Below, piece by piece: positions 7,937 to 17,778 of a DNA stretch of 64,000 nucleotides. Origin of the DNA: a phage. The notes beneath the pieces are model-generated. The model searched no databases. It worked only from the letters and a program-made list of their open reading frames with translations, and had not been told where the DNA came from. Each line of letters starts with the position of its first letter. Position 1 is the first letter of the stretch. The DNA is taken from the sequence record PZ154897.1; one strand, 5' to 3'. The translations under genes and the position numbers were made by a program.

Positions 7937-10114
7937 TTAGGCCGCAAGGGCCTTCATAGTTTTAGCGATTTGAGAAACTTCATCATCACTTAAAGAGTTG
8001 CGATATCCGATGAAGTCGGAAACAATACGGAATTTCTTGGTAAACTCAGCAACCATTTTATCACTGTTTTTTGAAGCATTATTTGATAATACATCAAAAA
8101 GATTAGTTACTGTCCAGATGTCATGACCGATGGTATCTCTTCCACCATTAAAATATACACCCTGTAATGAACTAACCATATTAGCAAGTCGTGTATATTC
8201 TTCAGAAACTTCATCTACACTGAAGTACTTCATCATAAAATCTAACTCAGGATACTTGATAATTTTATCAATATATCGTTTAGCTGAACTTGAATAACCT
8301 ACATACTTATCATAATCTACATCATCAAAAGCATCTACATATAAATCACGCAGAGTTTCAAAAATACATTGGCACTGACCGAGTTCTTTTACCTTTTTCT
8401 GTAAAAGCGGACGAATAACATAAAATTCATTAATGCCAATAAGATTAGCCATACGAATCAAAATATTCATAGATGGATGACAGAGAGATGTAGTACCATC
8501 CATAGAGAAAATATCAGAACGATGCATATACGCTACATAACCAGTAATTTCATCTGCTTCTGATGTGAGCGTAAACAGTTCCTCTTTTTCCCAGCGCCCA
8601 TCTTTAATTTCAAACTTAAATACTGTAGCAGCTTTAGGACGAGGAGCTTTACTTTTAACTACCTTTGGAATATAGCTTTTAACTAAAGCTTCAATTTCTG
8701 ACAAATAATGAATGTTAACTTCATCACTTTCAAACATTGCCATAATATCAGGAAGTAAATCAATCTGTGATTCTACTTCCGGATTAATAAACAGAAGACG
8801 CTCGTTGTGATGAATATTTAAAGTGTTATTAAATTCACTATCATCTAATGCACGTGCTAATCCACGGACAATATTAACACGATTTTTAATATTATCAATA
8901 ACGATATTAATTTTTGTTGTATTAATACCAAACAGACGATAACTTGATGCAACGGCTGAAGTTTCATGGCTTTGCTTAATGCGTTTCAGTCGAGGGTCAA
9001 GATTTACTTCATACACAACCCCTGCATTGCATAACTTACTGTCAGGTTCAAACATGCTTTGCATCTTCTTATATGACAGATTTTTAGTCGTGAATTTGAC
9101 CGAATTACTAATCATATAATCTCGAGCAGAATATCCCATCTTCATCAATTCACGGTATGTATGACGAGGAGATGTAGATTCTTTAAATCGTTTTACATCT
9201 TCATTAAATGCCTTCTCACTGAGCTCTTTAACACGCTCAATAATATTTTTACGAGTACGATCATCTAGTGAAAGAGCCTCACGCGATGGAGCAATATCAA
9301 GTGAACCCATTGGAAACTTAATGTAATTCACTTCATTACGAATGCTTAACCAGTTACGGTCTCTAATAACACCGTCTATAGGATAAACAATACCACCATA
9401 GATAGCATATAATCCACCACGATCTGGCCAGTATCTTTCTGGATTTACGCCGTAATAATCATCAAAATCAGGAAAATAATCAATTTCGCGGTCAAGACCA
9501 TTAATGATAGCCAAATCTTTGAATGGTCGCATGATATAAGAAACTTCATAAGCAAAGTTTCTAAAGTCTTTTTCTTCAACTGGAACTACGATTTCAATAC
9601 CAGTTTTATCGTCTGGACCCATTTCTTTTACGAATGTAGGTTTAATCTGCGGACCGTCACCATCCATGTAAGCTACATAACCACGAATTTCGCCTTTATG
9701 ATATGAAGTGATACTAAACGTATCAGTATAACTAAACGGAGATTTAGAACCTAAACCAAATCCACCAATGAAATCATTAGATTCAGCCTTAGATGAACTG
9801 AAGTATGAATTATACAACCCAGGAGAATTATCATCACCCTGAATATCAAAATCGCTCATACCCGGACCAAAATCTCGACAAACAAATCGCGGATCTAATC
9901 GTCCTGGAACTTGAATGATAAATTTTTCAGGATTTCCATTAAGAGCATGGGCATCAATCATGTTGGTAATCAATTCACGAACCACTGCGCGAATCTTGTT
10001 TGTATACAAATCAGATGACAGAATTTTAAATACTTTAGGAGACGCTGTGATGCTAAATGCTTTTGATTTAGAACCATTACCAAGAATTGTTTCTTTTTCA
10101 GTGGTGATAATCAT
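7937..10114 (-). CDS. rIIA: rIIA protein with GHKL-type ATPase domain
   Basis: 725-aa ORF, T4 rIIA length; N-terminal [10 protein letters not shown] / GLGSKSPF ATPase motifs. Confidence 0.95.
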   Translation of the reverse strand: MIITTEKETILGNGSKSKAFSITASPKVFKILSSDLYTNKIRAVVRELITNMIDAHALNGNPEKFIIQVPGRLDPRFVCRDFGPGMSDFDIQGDDNSPGLYNSYFSSSKAESNDFIGGFGLGSKSPFSYTDTFSITSYHKGEIRGYVAYMDGDGPQIKPTFVKEMGPDDKTGIEIVVPVEEKDFRNFAYEVSYIMRPFKDLAIINGLDREIDYFPDFDDYYGVNPERYWPDRGGLYAIYGGIVYPIDGVIRDRNWLSIRNEVNYIKFPMGSLDIAPSREALSLDDRTRKNIIERVKELSEKAFNEDVKRFKESTSPRHTYRELMKMGYSARDYMISNSVKFTTKNLSYKKMQSMFEPDSKLCNAGVVYEVNLDPRLKRIKQSHETSAVASSYRLFGINTTKINIVIDNIKNRVNIVRGLARALDDSEFNNTLNIHHNERLLFINPEVESQIDLLPDIMAMFESDEVNIHYLSEIEALVKSYIPKVVKSKAPRPKAATVFKFEIKDGRWEKEELFTLTSEADEITGYVAYMHRSDIFSMDGTTSLCHPSMNILIRMANLIGINEFYVIRPLLQKKVKELGQCQCIFETLRDLYVDAFDDVDYDKYVGYSSSAKRYIDKIIKYPELDFMMKYFSVDEVSEEYTRLANMVSSLQGVYFNGGRDTIGHDIWTVTNLFDVLSNNASKNSDKMVAEFTKKFRIVSDFIGYRNSLSDDEVSQIAKTMKALAA
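7939..7953 (-). other. short GC hairpin at rIIA/rIIB junction
   Basis: aggcc-gcaag-ggcct. Confidence 0.4.
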
Positions 10115-10124
10115 AATTTCCTCA

Positions 10125-10328
10125 TTAATTCATATTGCGTTTAATAACTTCAGCAACTTCTAGTAGTTCATCTTTAGTTGCAGTGTCGGATTGAATTTTA
10201 TCTCTAATATCCTTAAAGCGGTTTTTAAACTCTTCGGCTTCTCCCATATCGAAAAAGCGTTGAATGATTCTATATTCTCGATGAACTGCTTTATCAAATA
10301 GTTCTAAATTTACTTTATATGATTTCAT
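10125..10328 (-). CDS. hypothetical protein (67 aa), rIIA.1 position
   Basis: ORF between gene 39 and rIIA with early promoter upstream. Confidence 0.55.
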   Translation of the reverse strand: MKSYKVNLELFDKAVHREYRIIQRFFDMGEAEEFKNRFKDIRDKIQSDTATKDELLEVAEVIKRNMN

Positions 10329-10351
10329 TTCAATATCCTCATTTGCCCAAT

Positions 10352-10384
10352 TAATTATACCACATCCTTGTGGTAAAGTAAACT
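10352..10384 (-). promoter_or_regulatory. T4-type early promoter (GTTTAC -35 / tggTATAAT -10)
   Basis: minus strand GTTTACtttaccacaaggatgtggTATAAT; 29/30 identical to promoter at 57950. Confidence 0.65.
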
Positions 10385-12200
10385 ATTGGCTCATCCATTC
10401 TTTACGAAGGTCAGCATTATCTCCCATGAGCATTTCAAAAAGCTCTTTCCAGTTCTCAGGAAGTTTAACAACATCATAAACTGGGTTTTGAATCATCTCA
10501 CGATATTCAGATTTTTCCAAAGAGCCAAGTCCCTTAATATAACGGATGCTATGTTTAGGTAGAGCATCTTTGGCACTCTCATATTCAGCGACTGTATAAA
10601 ACCATTCTTGTTTTTTACCGACCTGAGCGATGATTACAGGAGTTTTGACAAAGCGAATTCTTCCTTGTTCAAACAGTTCTGGCCAATTACTAAAAAATCC
10701 GAGCAGAGAAGGATAAATGCTTCCTAGACCATCATGGTCAGCATCGGTCATAATTGCAATATTATGATAATTCAAGTTTTCGGCTTTTTCACCAAGAACT
10801 AATCCAGTGATTGCGCAAATATCAAACAGTTCTTTGTTTTTAAGCATATCAGCATATGACATACCCCAACTGTTGAGAACTTTACCACGTAATGGATAAC
10901 CACCATGAAGTTCTTTATCACGAACATCAATAAGATATCCAATAGCAGAATCACCCTCAGTCAAGAAAAGAGTAGTATCAGCATCTTTACCACAAAGATT
11001 CGCTTTAATATGTTTATGAACCTTAGCTTTAGAAGCCTTTTTAGCTGCTTTAGTTTCTGCTGCTTTTTCTGCCGCCAATTTACGAGCAAGGGCAGCTTCA
11101 ATGATTGGCATTAAAATTGCTTCATTATTTAAAATAGCACGTGAAATCTTTTTAGCATCAAGCTGAATATGACTACGGATTTCACCAAATGGAGAAGTAA
11201 GTCGTTCTTTAGTTTGAGAATCAAATCGCATGTTTTTCATATCACGGACAAACATAACGATAGTCAAACATTCTTTGACACGTGCTTTAGTTACATCAAT
11301 TTTGAATTTACGTTTGATTTGTGGAATAAGGTCTTCACAAATATCATCCATAACGCAGTCAATGTGATGGCCACCATTCTTAGTATGAATGTTATTGACG
11401 TATGTTAATTGACGAAAACCATCCGGTGAACGACCAACAGCAATAGAACAATTTTCTTGTTCTTGAACGATAGCATGTTCATCATACTGTCGTGCATATT
11501 TCTTAAAATTACCCTGAACCTTTTTACCATTAAAGGTAAATTGAATATCAGGATAAACTACTGCAAGTGTCTGGAGACGATCCAGTGTAATGTCAAGATA
11601 AACTTGAGATAGCTCATTAGTTTCAAATGACATAAAATCAGGAATGAAAGTAACGCGAGTTCCTTTCCATTTTCCAGGAATAGTTTCCCACGATTTATTT
11701 TCCATGCCATTTGAACAACGAACTACAATATTATTTTGACCATCGCCGGTTTCACCGACAAACATCACAGAAAAAATATTAGTTAAACTAGAACCAACAC
11801 CATTCATACCACCAGTGACGCGTTCTTTATCATCACCGAAGTTACCACCTGCTTTTGGAATAGTCCATGCAGCAACTGGACCAGGAATTTCTTCACCGGT
11901 AGGTGTTTTAACCATCGCCTGTGGAATACCGCGACCGTTATCTTCAACTGTTACTTGATTGTTTTTAATAGTAACATTAATTTTATTTGCGAATTTAAAC
12001 TTAGTACGAATACCTTCATCTACTGAGTTATCGATAATTTCATCAATAAGCTTAACAAGACCAGGTACATACTGAACACTTTCCCATTTACCAAACAGAA
12101 AGCGCTCATGCATTTCATTAGCTGAAGAGCCAATGTACATGCCGCTACGCTTTTTGATATGTTCAATATCGCTCAGAATTTTAATTTCATTCTTAATCAT
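10383..12200 (-). CDS. 39: DNA topoisomerase II large subunit (GyrB-like ATPase), contiguous 39+60
   Basis: 605 codons from first ATG (ORF track starts at GTG 12203); GHKL ATPase and TOPRIM-like motifs; single uninterrupted ORF. Confidence 0.95.
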   Translation of the reverse strand: MIKNEIKILSDIEHIKKRSGMYIGSSANEMHERFLFGKWESVQYVPGLVKLIDEIIDNSVDEGIRTKFKFANKINVTIKNNQVTVEDNGRGIPQAMVKTPTGEEIPGPVAAWTIPKAGGNFGDDKERVTGGMNGVGSSLTNIFSVMFVGETGDGQNNIVVRCSNGMENKSWETIPGKWKGTRVTFIPDFMSFETNELSQVYLDITLDRLQTLAVVYPDIQFTFNGKKVQGNFKKYARQYDEHAIVQEQENCSIAVGRSPDGFRQLTYVNNIHTKNGGHHIDCVMDDICEDLIPQIKRKFKIDVTKARVKECLTIVMFVRDMKNMRFDSQTKERLTSPFGEIRSHIQLDAKKISRAILNNEAILMPIIEAALARKLAAEKAAETKAAKKASKAKVHKHIKANLCGKDADTTLFLTEGDSAIGYLIDVRDKELHGGYPLRGKVLNSWGMSYADMLKNKELFDICAITGLVLGEKAENLNYHNIAIMTDADHDGLGSIYPSLLGFFSNWPELFEQGRIRFVKTPVIIAQVGKKQEWFYTVAEYESAKDALPKHSIRYIKGLGSLEKSEYREMIQNPVYDVVKLPENWKELFEMLMGDNADLRKEWMSQ

Positions 12201-12225
12201 CACTTATCCTCGTTTGGTTTCGGGA

Positions 12226-12254
12226 ATATTATACTCCAGTAATCATAAAGCTAA
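12226..12254 (-). promoter_or_regulatory. possible middle-type promoter for gene 39 (MotA-box-like AGCTTTA, 12 bp, TATAAT)
   Basis: minus strand tAGCTTTAtgattactggagTATAAT; box has one mismatch to TGCTT. Confidence 0.35.
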
Positions 12255-12270
12255 AGGCCCGAAGGCCTTT
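12253..12270 (-). other. UUCG-tetraloop RNA hairpin
   Basis: aaaggcc-cgaa-ggccttt immediately after lipoprotein gene stop. Confidence 0.55.
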
Positions 12271-12530
12271 TATTTAAAACGAATAGTCGAATCCTTGAAG
12301 AATAGTCCAGAACATACTGTTCCTTCTACTTTCTGCCCAGTAGGTCCAATAGCACGAAATCCAGTATGTTGGAAATCATTTTCAGAGCAACCGAACCAAT
12401 TATATCCAGTGATTTCAATATTAGTAAAACCACTTGAAGACAAAACTTTAGTTGCATTATCAGCATCAGTACATCCTACTAAAGACACTGCTAATACTAA
12501 TGCTGCAATAGAACGATTAATATATTTCAT
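12270..12530 (-). CDS. putative lipoprotein (86 aa)
   Basis: N-terminal signal peptide ending LVGC (lipobox). Confidence 0.55.
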   Translation of the reverse strand: MKYINRSIAALVLAVSLVGCTDADNATKVLSSSGFTNIEITGYNWFGCSENDFQHTGFRAIGPTGQKVEGTVCSGLFFKDSTIRFK

Positions 12531-12532
12531 AA

Positions 12533-12709
12533 TTACCCTTTAAGCAAGTCGTAAAATCCACCATTCACATGCTTAGGAGCGGAAACTAACCGAATAGCAA
12601 TCCGATGACAATCAGGACATACATCAGTATCCCTTTCAGAAATTTTCTTGATTTTTTCGTATTCTTTTGCACAGTCTTTGGATTGACATTTATAATCATA
12701 AAGCGGCAT
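12533..12709 (-). CDS. small zinc-ribbon protein (58 aa)
   Basis: hand-translated; CxxC...CxxC pattern; AAGGA SD; fills gap between ORFs. Confidence 0.45.
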   Translation of the reverse strand: MPLYDYKCQSKDCAKEYEKIKKISERDTDVCPDCHRIAIRLVSAPKHVNGGFYDLLKG

Positions 12710-12711
12710 AA

Positions 12712-13137
12712 TTATTCCTTAAAGTGAGCTTTCAACATCTGATACAAGGACCATGCTTGTTCATTATTTTCAATAGTAACTTTCATTACCGGGAATTCTG
12801 TGAAATCTTCTATTTGTTCTTGCTCTTTCTCTTCCTGCTCTTGCTCTTCAGCTGCCTGGTATGGATTTTCAACTTCATCAAAGAATTCAGCTTCGCTCGC
12901 TGAAAGCCAGATAAAATCTTCATCCAAAATATCTTTACCAGAAGATAACGCCAATTTTCCACTAGATGTCACAAGTTTAGTAGGACGACCAAGATAGTCA
13001 ATATCTGTAACTCTAAAAGGTTCCATACCTAAACGTCGTGCATAAATTCCGTTTTCAGTATGATATTTAATAAATTTTTCTTGAGCTTGTTTATTTTTAA
13101 ATTGATACCATTTATTAACTTCAAATTTAATAGCCAT
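12712..13137 (-). CDS. hypothetical acidic protein (141 aa), possibly GoF-like by size and position
   Basis: ORF; acidic E/Q-rich tract. Confidence 0.5.
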   Translation of the reverse strand: MAIKFEVNKWYQFKNKQAQEKFIKYHTENGIYARRLGMEPFRVTDIDYLGRPTKLVTSSGKLALSSGKDILDEDFIWLSASEAEFFDEVENPYQAAEEQEQEEKEQEQIEDFTEFPVMKVTIENNEQAWSLYQMLKAHFKE

Positions 13138-13352
13138 TAATAAATTTCCTTCCAGTAAGTTGTACCGTCTTCAGTGATTTCACGAAATACGCCATAAATT
13201 GGTTGTTTATCACCGACTTTCTCATACACATAAACAGAAGTCAAGTGAGTAAACTTGCTAGTATGTTCCTTTTGAACTACTACCAAATTTGGATCAAATA
13301 ATACATCTTCAAATTCATCATTAGTGCAATTCTGAACAATTTTACGTTTCAT
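13137..13352 (-). CDS. hypothetical protein (71 aa), possibly Cef-like by size and position
   Basis: ORF; ATGA-type overlap with upstream gene. Confidence 0.5.
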   Translation of the reverse strand: MKRKIVQNCTNDEFEDVLFDPNLVVVQKEHTSKFTHLTSVYVYEKVGDKQPIYGVFREITEDGTTYWKEIY

Positions 13353-13449
13353 TACAATTTCCTCATTAATTGAACATTGGAGCGATGCGTTTCAGAAGAG
13401 TATCAGCACCTTTAACGAATTATCCATTTTATTCTCCAAGTTGTTTTCT

Positions 13450-13496
13450 GTATCAGTAGTTGATATTGATATAGTACCATAATCAACTACTGATGT
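13450..13496 (-). promoter_or_regulatory. promoter-associated stem-loop: 13-bp perfect inverted repeat enclosing tggTACTATA
   Basis: atcagtagttgat ... atcaactactgat with 17-nt loop holding the conserved -10-like module. Confidence 0.5.
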
Positions 13497-13523
13497 ATAT
13501 AGTTTTATGAAAAATTTTAAACT

Positions 13524-14021
13524 TTATGCACAGCGAGCTTTGCTATAGTGTTTAATCCAACTTTCAGGAATGGCTTTGTATGTTCCTAAAAATACCGCAT
13601 TGTACAACTTAACGCCATCTTCTACCCACTGATCGGTAATGTATGCGCACATAGCACGAGTACGGTGTTTTTGAACAACCCCTTCCTCATCTTCAGTAAA
13701 TTCGAATTCATAAGGAGCAATGAACTTAATAGCTTGACCGAGTTTCCACTTAAAGTCTACACCTACATGCGAAGTATCAATCGTTTCAATTCCTTTAGCG
13801 GGAACAGCTTTCAAAAACGCAGATTCAAGAAATTTCGCACGAACATAGCCAAACTGAGGTTTAGACTTTCCATCTTTAGGAATGATACGCACTTTTACTT
13901 CAGAATCTTCATCTTTAACACCATGTTTAAGCTGAATGCTTACAATTTCGACCAATTTTCCTGCTGCTTTAGAACGGGATTTATCAGATACACGAGCAAT
14001 TTCACCAATATTAATAATCAT
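13524..14021 (-). CDS. hypothetical protein (165 aa), paralog of next gene
   Basis: ORF; shares DQWVEDGVKLYNAV-type segment with ORF 14098..14640. Confidence 0.55.
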   Translation of the reverse strand: MIINIGEIARVSDKSRSKAAGKLVEIVSIQLKHGVKDEDSEVKVRIIPKDGKSKPQFGYVRAKFLESAFLKAVPAKGIETIDTSHVGVDFKWKLGQAIKFIAPYEFEFTEDEEGVVQKHRTRAMCAYITDQWVEDGVKLYNAVFLGTYKAIPESWIKHYSKARCA

Positions 14022-14062
14022 AGTTATCTCTCACTTGTTAAAAAGATTTTATACTCCACAGG

Positions 14063-14095
14063 ACCATTATACTCTGGCCCCAAGAGTTTGTAAAC
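14063..14095 (-). promoter_or_regulatory. T4-type early promoter (TTTACA -35 / TATAAT -10)
   Basis: minus strand TTTACAaactcttggggccagagTATAAT. Confidence 0.6.
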
Positions 14096-14097
14096 TA

Positions 14098-14640
14098 TTA
14101 ATTCAAAATAGCTACCACTGCACTACGAGGTACTACACTAAAATCACCTGCATGAACAACATTCAGAAGTTCAACGCCATCTTCAATCCACTGGTCTGTT
14201 ACCCAACCACAGACCGAAACAAATGGGGTCTTAATAGCTACAGCACGAGTTAGAAGGTCAGTAGGGTCTTGTTCTTCAACTTCTTGGAACAGGATGAACC
14301 CTTCTTCATAAACCAGGATTTTCTCTATTTTGTTATTGTCTAAACGACGACCGTGGACAATATAAGATTTAGTAAACCATTTACTTTTTTCAAAGTCTTC
14401 AACAATAAATTCGCCTTCGCCAAAAACAACAGTCAGAGTTTTATGGCCGGAAATCAAGGCATTAGTTTTAATTTTAGGTTCAACCAGTTTGTAAGTTTTG
14501 CCGATTTCAATAGCGGTAGTCATAGTAGGTTCCTTAATTTCCAGCGGTTTAACAGGGCATACATAAGTGCTTACAACATCAAAATCAATCAGTTTAGCTA
14601 CCGGATTTGGAGTGTATTCAGGATTATAATTAAATTTCAT
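14098..14640 (-). CDS. hypothetical protein (180 aa), paralog of previous gene
   Basis: ORF; conserved DQWIEDGVELLNVV segment. Confidence 0.55.
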   Translation of the reverse strand: MKFNYNPEYTPNPVAKLIDFDVVSTYVCPVKPLEIKEPTMTTAIEIGKTYKLVEPKIKTNALISGHKTLTVVFGEGEFIVEDFEKSKWFTKSYIVHGRRLDNNKIEKILVYEEGFILFQEVEEQDPTDLLTRAVAIKTPFVSVCGWVTDQWIEDGVELLNVVHAGDFSVVPRSAVVAILN

Positions 14641-14642
14641 AA

Positions 14643-15143
14643 TTATCTCATTTCAATAAAATCTACGAGTTCAGCATGCGATTTGCGGAACATTACTTGG
14701 CGTCCGCCAATGATAACTTGGTCATCTGGCACTTCGTATACAGCAAGATAAAATCCCTTAGAAGATAATTCTTCACGCTCTTCTCGTGTGAACCATCTCA
14801 TCATATCATATTCGCTAGCGAAAGCAAAATGATAAAGACCTATAAACCATCCTGGAATATGATATTCTACTCCAACATAATCTTTCTTGAACTTAGTATT
14901 AATTACGATATTAGCATTTTTAACTAATAATTTGTCTTCATGTGGAAGAGGAATTCTTTTATTATCATTACTATGATGCATAAAATTAGGTCTGTCATAA
15001 CCTACGTGTAATAACCACTCTTCGCTCCATGAATCTATTATACTCCTGTATGGCGTTATTTGACCACAAAGATTTCGACGTATTGTTATAGCATCTTCAT
15101 TATTAAGAATACTAAAAGATGATTCAACACGATAAATTTTCAT
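14643..15143 (-). CDS. hypothetical protein (166 aa)
   Basis: ORF-track 14643..15182 trimmed to ATG with GAGGA SD downstream of promoter. Confidence 0.5.
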   Translation of the reverse strand: MKIYRVESSFSILNNEDAITIRRNLCGQITPYRSIIDSWSEEWLLHVGYDRPNFMHHSNDNKRIPLPHEDKLLVKNANIVINTKFKKDYVGVEYHIPGWFIGLYHFAFASEYDMMRWFTREEREELSSKGFYLAVYEVPDDQVIIGGRQVMFRKSHAELVDFIEMR

Positions 15144-15167
15144 TTTATTATCCTCAGTAGCTATGGT

Positions 15168-15201
15168 GTTATAATACCACAACTAACCGAGGAAGTAAAC
15201 A
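15168..15201 (-). promoter_or_regulatory. T4-type early promoter (GTTTAC -35 / TATTAT -10)
   Basis: minus strand GTTTACttcctcggttagttgtggTATTAT. Confidence 0.6.
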
Positions 15202-15206
15202 ACTTT

Positions 15207-15890
15207 TTATCGTTTTGTTGGAAGAGATAGAGGATCGCAATCTTCCTCTGATGGAGCATCTTCAAGACCCATAGCGTATCGCAAAGCATACTTCATCATC
15301 AGGATGTCTTTCGCACAGTCATGAATAGAATTATGCGCAACAAATCCATCTAAAGTTCCCTTTGGAAGGGGACACGTTGTCATATCACGAACAAGTAGAA
15401 GTGCTTCAATTCTGGTACGAATATCACGCTGATTCCAGAATTTACATGGTTCTAACTTAAATGTGTCAAGTTCATTCTCAGAAACGCCATTAAGACGTTG
15501 AATATCGCGAATGAGATCGACTAAAATTGGAAAATCAAACGACATTCCACGGCACCAGCCTTGAGATTTCCAAGGATCGATGTTATGTGCATTGATGTAA
15601 TCATTAAATTTTACAATACCATCGATAGTGCTTACATCTTCATCTGATGGCGCAATATTTTTTCGAGCTTCAGGAGACTGATTTTTCCACCATTCGATAG
15701 TGCTTTTAGTAAAAAGACGATGTCCTTTTTGGCTTTTTAAATCAAATTTGATTTTAATGCCACGTGAAACTAATTCATCAAATGTTTCAACTACTTCTGG
15801 GTTAGGGTCAAAGGCAATAACAGCCAAATCAATAACAGCTGCCTTTTCACCGCTTCCCATTGTTTCAAAATCTATAATAAAATCAAACAT
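15207..15890 (-). CDS. dexA: exonuclease A (DnaQ-like 3'-5' exonuclease)
   Basis: 227 codons from first ATG; FIIDFETMG exonuclease motif I. Confidence 0.8.
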   Translation of the reverse strand: MFDFIIDFETMGSGEKAAVIDLAVIAFDPNPEVVETFDELVSRGIKIKFDLKSQKGHRLFTKSTIEWWKNQSPEARKNIAPSDEDVSTIDGIVKFNDYINAHNIDPWKSQGWCRGMSFDFPILVDLIRDIQRLNGVSENELDTFKLEPCKFWNQRDIRTRIEALLLVRDMTTCPLPKGTLDGFVAHNSIHDCAKDILMMKYALRYAMGLEDAPSEEDCDPLSLPTKR

Positions 15891-16128
15891 TAATAATCGC
15901 CTTATAAAGATTGCTAATTTCACCTAAAATGTAATCACTGATTGTAACAGTTTTCACTTCACCACAAAAGAATTCTAACGCAATCAAATCTCGTTCAATT
16001 TCTTCTAGTTGAAGCATTAACTTGCCTGATTTAATTTTTACATTTGTACAATTTTTACTATAAGCTATTTCATAAATTTCGCTCACTTTATCTTGGAGCA
16101 GATAAAACTGATCTTTAGTTATTTCCAC
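15883..16128 (-). CDS. hypothetical protein (81 aa)
   Basis: ORF between dda and dexA. Confidence 0.5.
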   Translation of the reverse strand: MEITKDQFYLLQDKVSEIYEIAYSKNCTNVKIKSGKLMLQLEEIERDLIALEFFCGEVKTVTISDYILGEISNLYKAIINV

Positions 16129-16149
16129 GAATAGCTTCCTTAAATTTAA

Positions 16150-17469
16150 TCATACATAAAACACATCATAACGACCACGAGTGACACCAACATAAAGAAG
16201 CTGCTGAGCTAGTTCAGCATCTGCATAATGAATACAAGGCGTATAGATGAAAGCACGATCTACAGACATGCCCTGAGCTTTGTGGAATGTTGATGCAGGA
16301 AGTGCTTTCACTTTACTAAACTGTGATTTAGCATCCCAAAAATCACTCCACGGAGCTTTTCCGCCTTTATTCCAATTTTTATAAGTTTCTGCCGTTTTAC
16401 CTAAAAATAAGTTAAACTTATACAGCTCTTCATCAGATGAAATTATTTTAATCTTTTCACGATAATATTCATCATCGCCGTAAGTTTCTACTGTTAAATC
16501 CCAATGACGAATTAGATATTCTCCAGAAACACCGCGAGCTTTAACAAATGTTGATGTATACTCTGCTTCTATAATACGAACTAATTGTCCGTTATTAAAA
16601 ATAATTTCTGACACAGGCTTTCCATCAATTTTATATGTTTTAATTAACGGTTCCTGCATTACAATAATTTCACCGACAATAAAATCTTTATCAGTTTCAA
16701 AAATCTTTTTACGAATAATGCTATTTAACTTATCAACAGATTTATTCGTAAATGCCATTACACGATTTTCAAACAAATCATCTAAAGATTTGACGATTGA
16801 AAAATAATTTACCATAAAATCGCGTAAAGCGGTATCACCAGTAAATCCACGTACTCCATGTCCGTCAACAATTTTATCATAAATCCACTTACCGTTACGA
16901 ACATCAGTAGCTACATCAATAATAGGAGCATTACTGCGTTTAACTTCAGTAAGTTCACACTGATAAAAATCTTTGTGTGTAAAGAATGGACTGATATAAG
17001 CAGTATTTTCTCCTGGGTCAACAGGTCTAATTTGCTTATTATCGCCTATTCCAATTATAGTACACCACGGCGGGATAGTTGAAAGCAGAATTTTAAATAG
17101 CTTTCTATCATACATTGACACTTCGTCGCAGATTAATACCCTGCATTTAGCTAAATCTGGTACTTCCTTCTGTTCAAAAAGAACGTTTTCTTCATACGTA
17201 ACTGGGTTAATTTTAAGAATACTATGAATAGTACTTGCTTCTTTCCCCGACAGTTTTGAAAGAATCTTTTTAGCTGCATGTGTAGGAGCTGCTAAAATAA
17301 TACCAGTTTCACCCGTAGATATTAAAGCTTCAATGATGAACTTAGTAAGAGTAGTCTTACCAGTACCAGCAGGTCCATTAATAGTTACATGATGTTTCTT
17401 TTCTTTAATAGCCCTCATAACAATGTTAAAGGCATTTTTCTGGCCTTCGGTCAAATCATCAAATGTCAT
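16150..17469 (-). CDS. dda: Dda DNA helicase (SF1)
   Basis: 439-aa ORF, T4 Dda length; Walker A GPAGTGKTT. Confidence 0.93.
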   Translation of the reverse strand: MTFDDLTEGQKNAFNIVMRAIKEKKHHVTINGPAGTGKTTLTKFIIEALISTGETGIILAAPTHAAKKILSKLSGKEASTIHSILKINPVTYEENVLFEQKEVPDLAKCRVLICDEVSMYDRKLFKILLSTIPPWCTIIGIGDNKQIRPVDPGENTAYISPFFTHKDFYQCELTEVKRSNAPIIDVATDVRNGKWIYDKIVDGHGVRGFTGDTALRDFMVNYFSIVKSLDDLFENRVMAFTNKSVDKLNSIIRKKIFETDKDFIVGEIIVMQEPLIKTYKIDGKPVSEIIFNNGQLVRIIEAEYTSTFVKARGVSGEYLIRHWDLTVETYGDDEYYREKIKIISSDEELYKFNLFLGKTAETYKNWNKGGKAPWSDFWDAKSQFSKVKALPASTFHKAQGMSVDRAFIYTPCIHYADAELAQQLLYVGVTRGRYDVFYV

Positions 17470-17777
17470 CGTAAATTCCCTGCAATTGGTATACTAACAA
17501 TACGCCCAGTATCTAAAATTCGCTGATATAATCTTTGTGTGTCTACATCAGGCTTAACATGTTTAACTTCTATTTTATTAAACCAAAATTTACGTGGAGT
17601 CTCAACTAATCTTGGAATTCCCTTGCCTAAAGCTAGTTGATACTGCTCTTTAAGAGTGGTAAATACTTTGTCAGCAATATTCCATTCAAAAAATACAGCA
17701 GGACGATGTTCATCAAGTGGAACTGGCGCCGTAAATCCGTCTTTGTCTCGGTAAACTATCGCATATACATAAACCAT
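17466..17777 (-). CDS. hypothetical protein (103 aa)
   Basis: ORF; ATGA overlap with dda. Confidence 0.55.
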   Translation of the reverse strand: MVYVYAIVYRDKDGFTAPVPLDEHRPAVFFEWNIADKVFTTLKEQYQLALGKGIPRLVETPRKFWFNKIEVKHVKPDVDTQRLYQRILDTGRIVSIPIAGNLR

Positions 17778-17778
17778 A

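Noticed and set aside
10383-12203. Gene 60 translational bypass element and mobA insertion
   Set aside because: The topoisomerase large subunit is an uninterrupted ORF with no internal stop or 50-nt gap.
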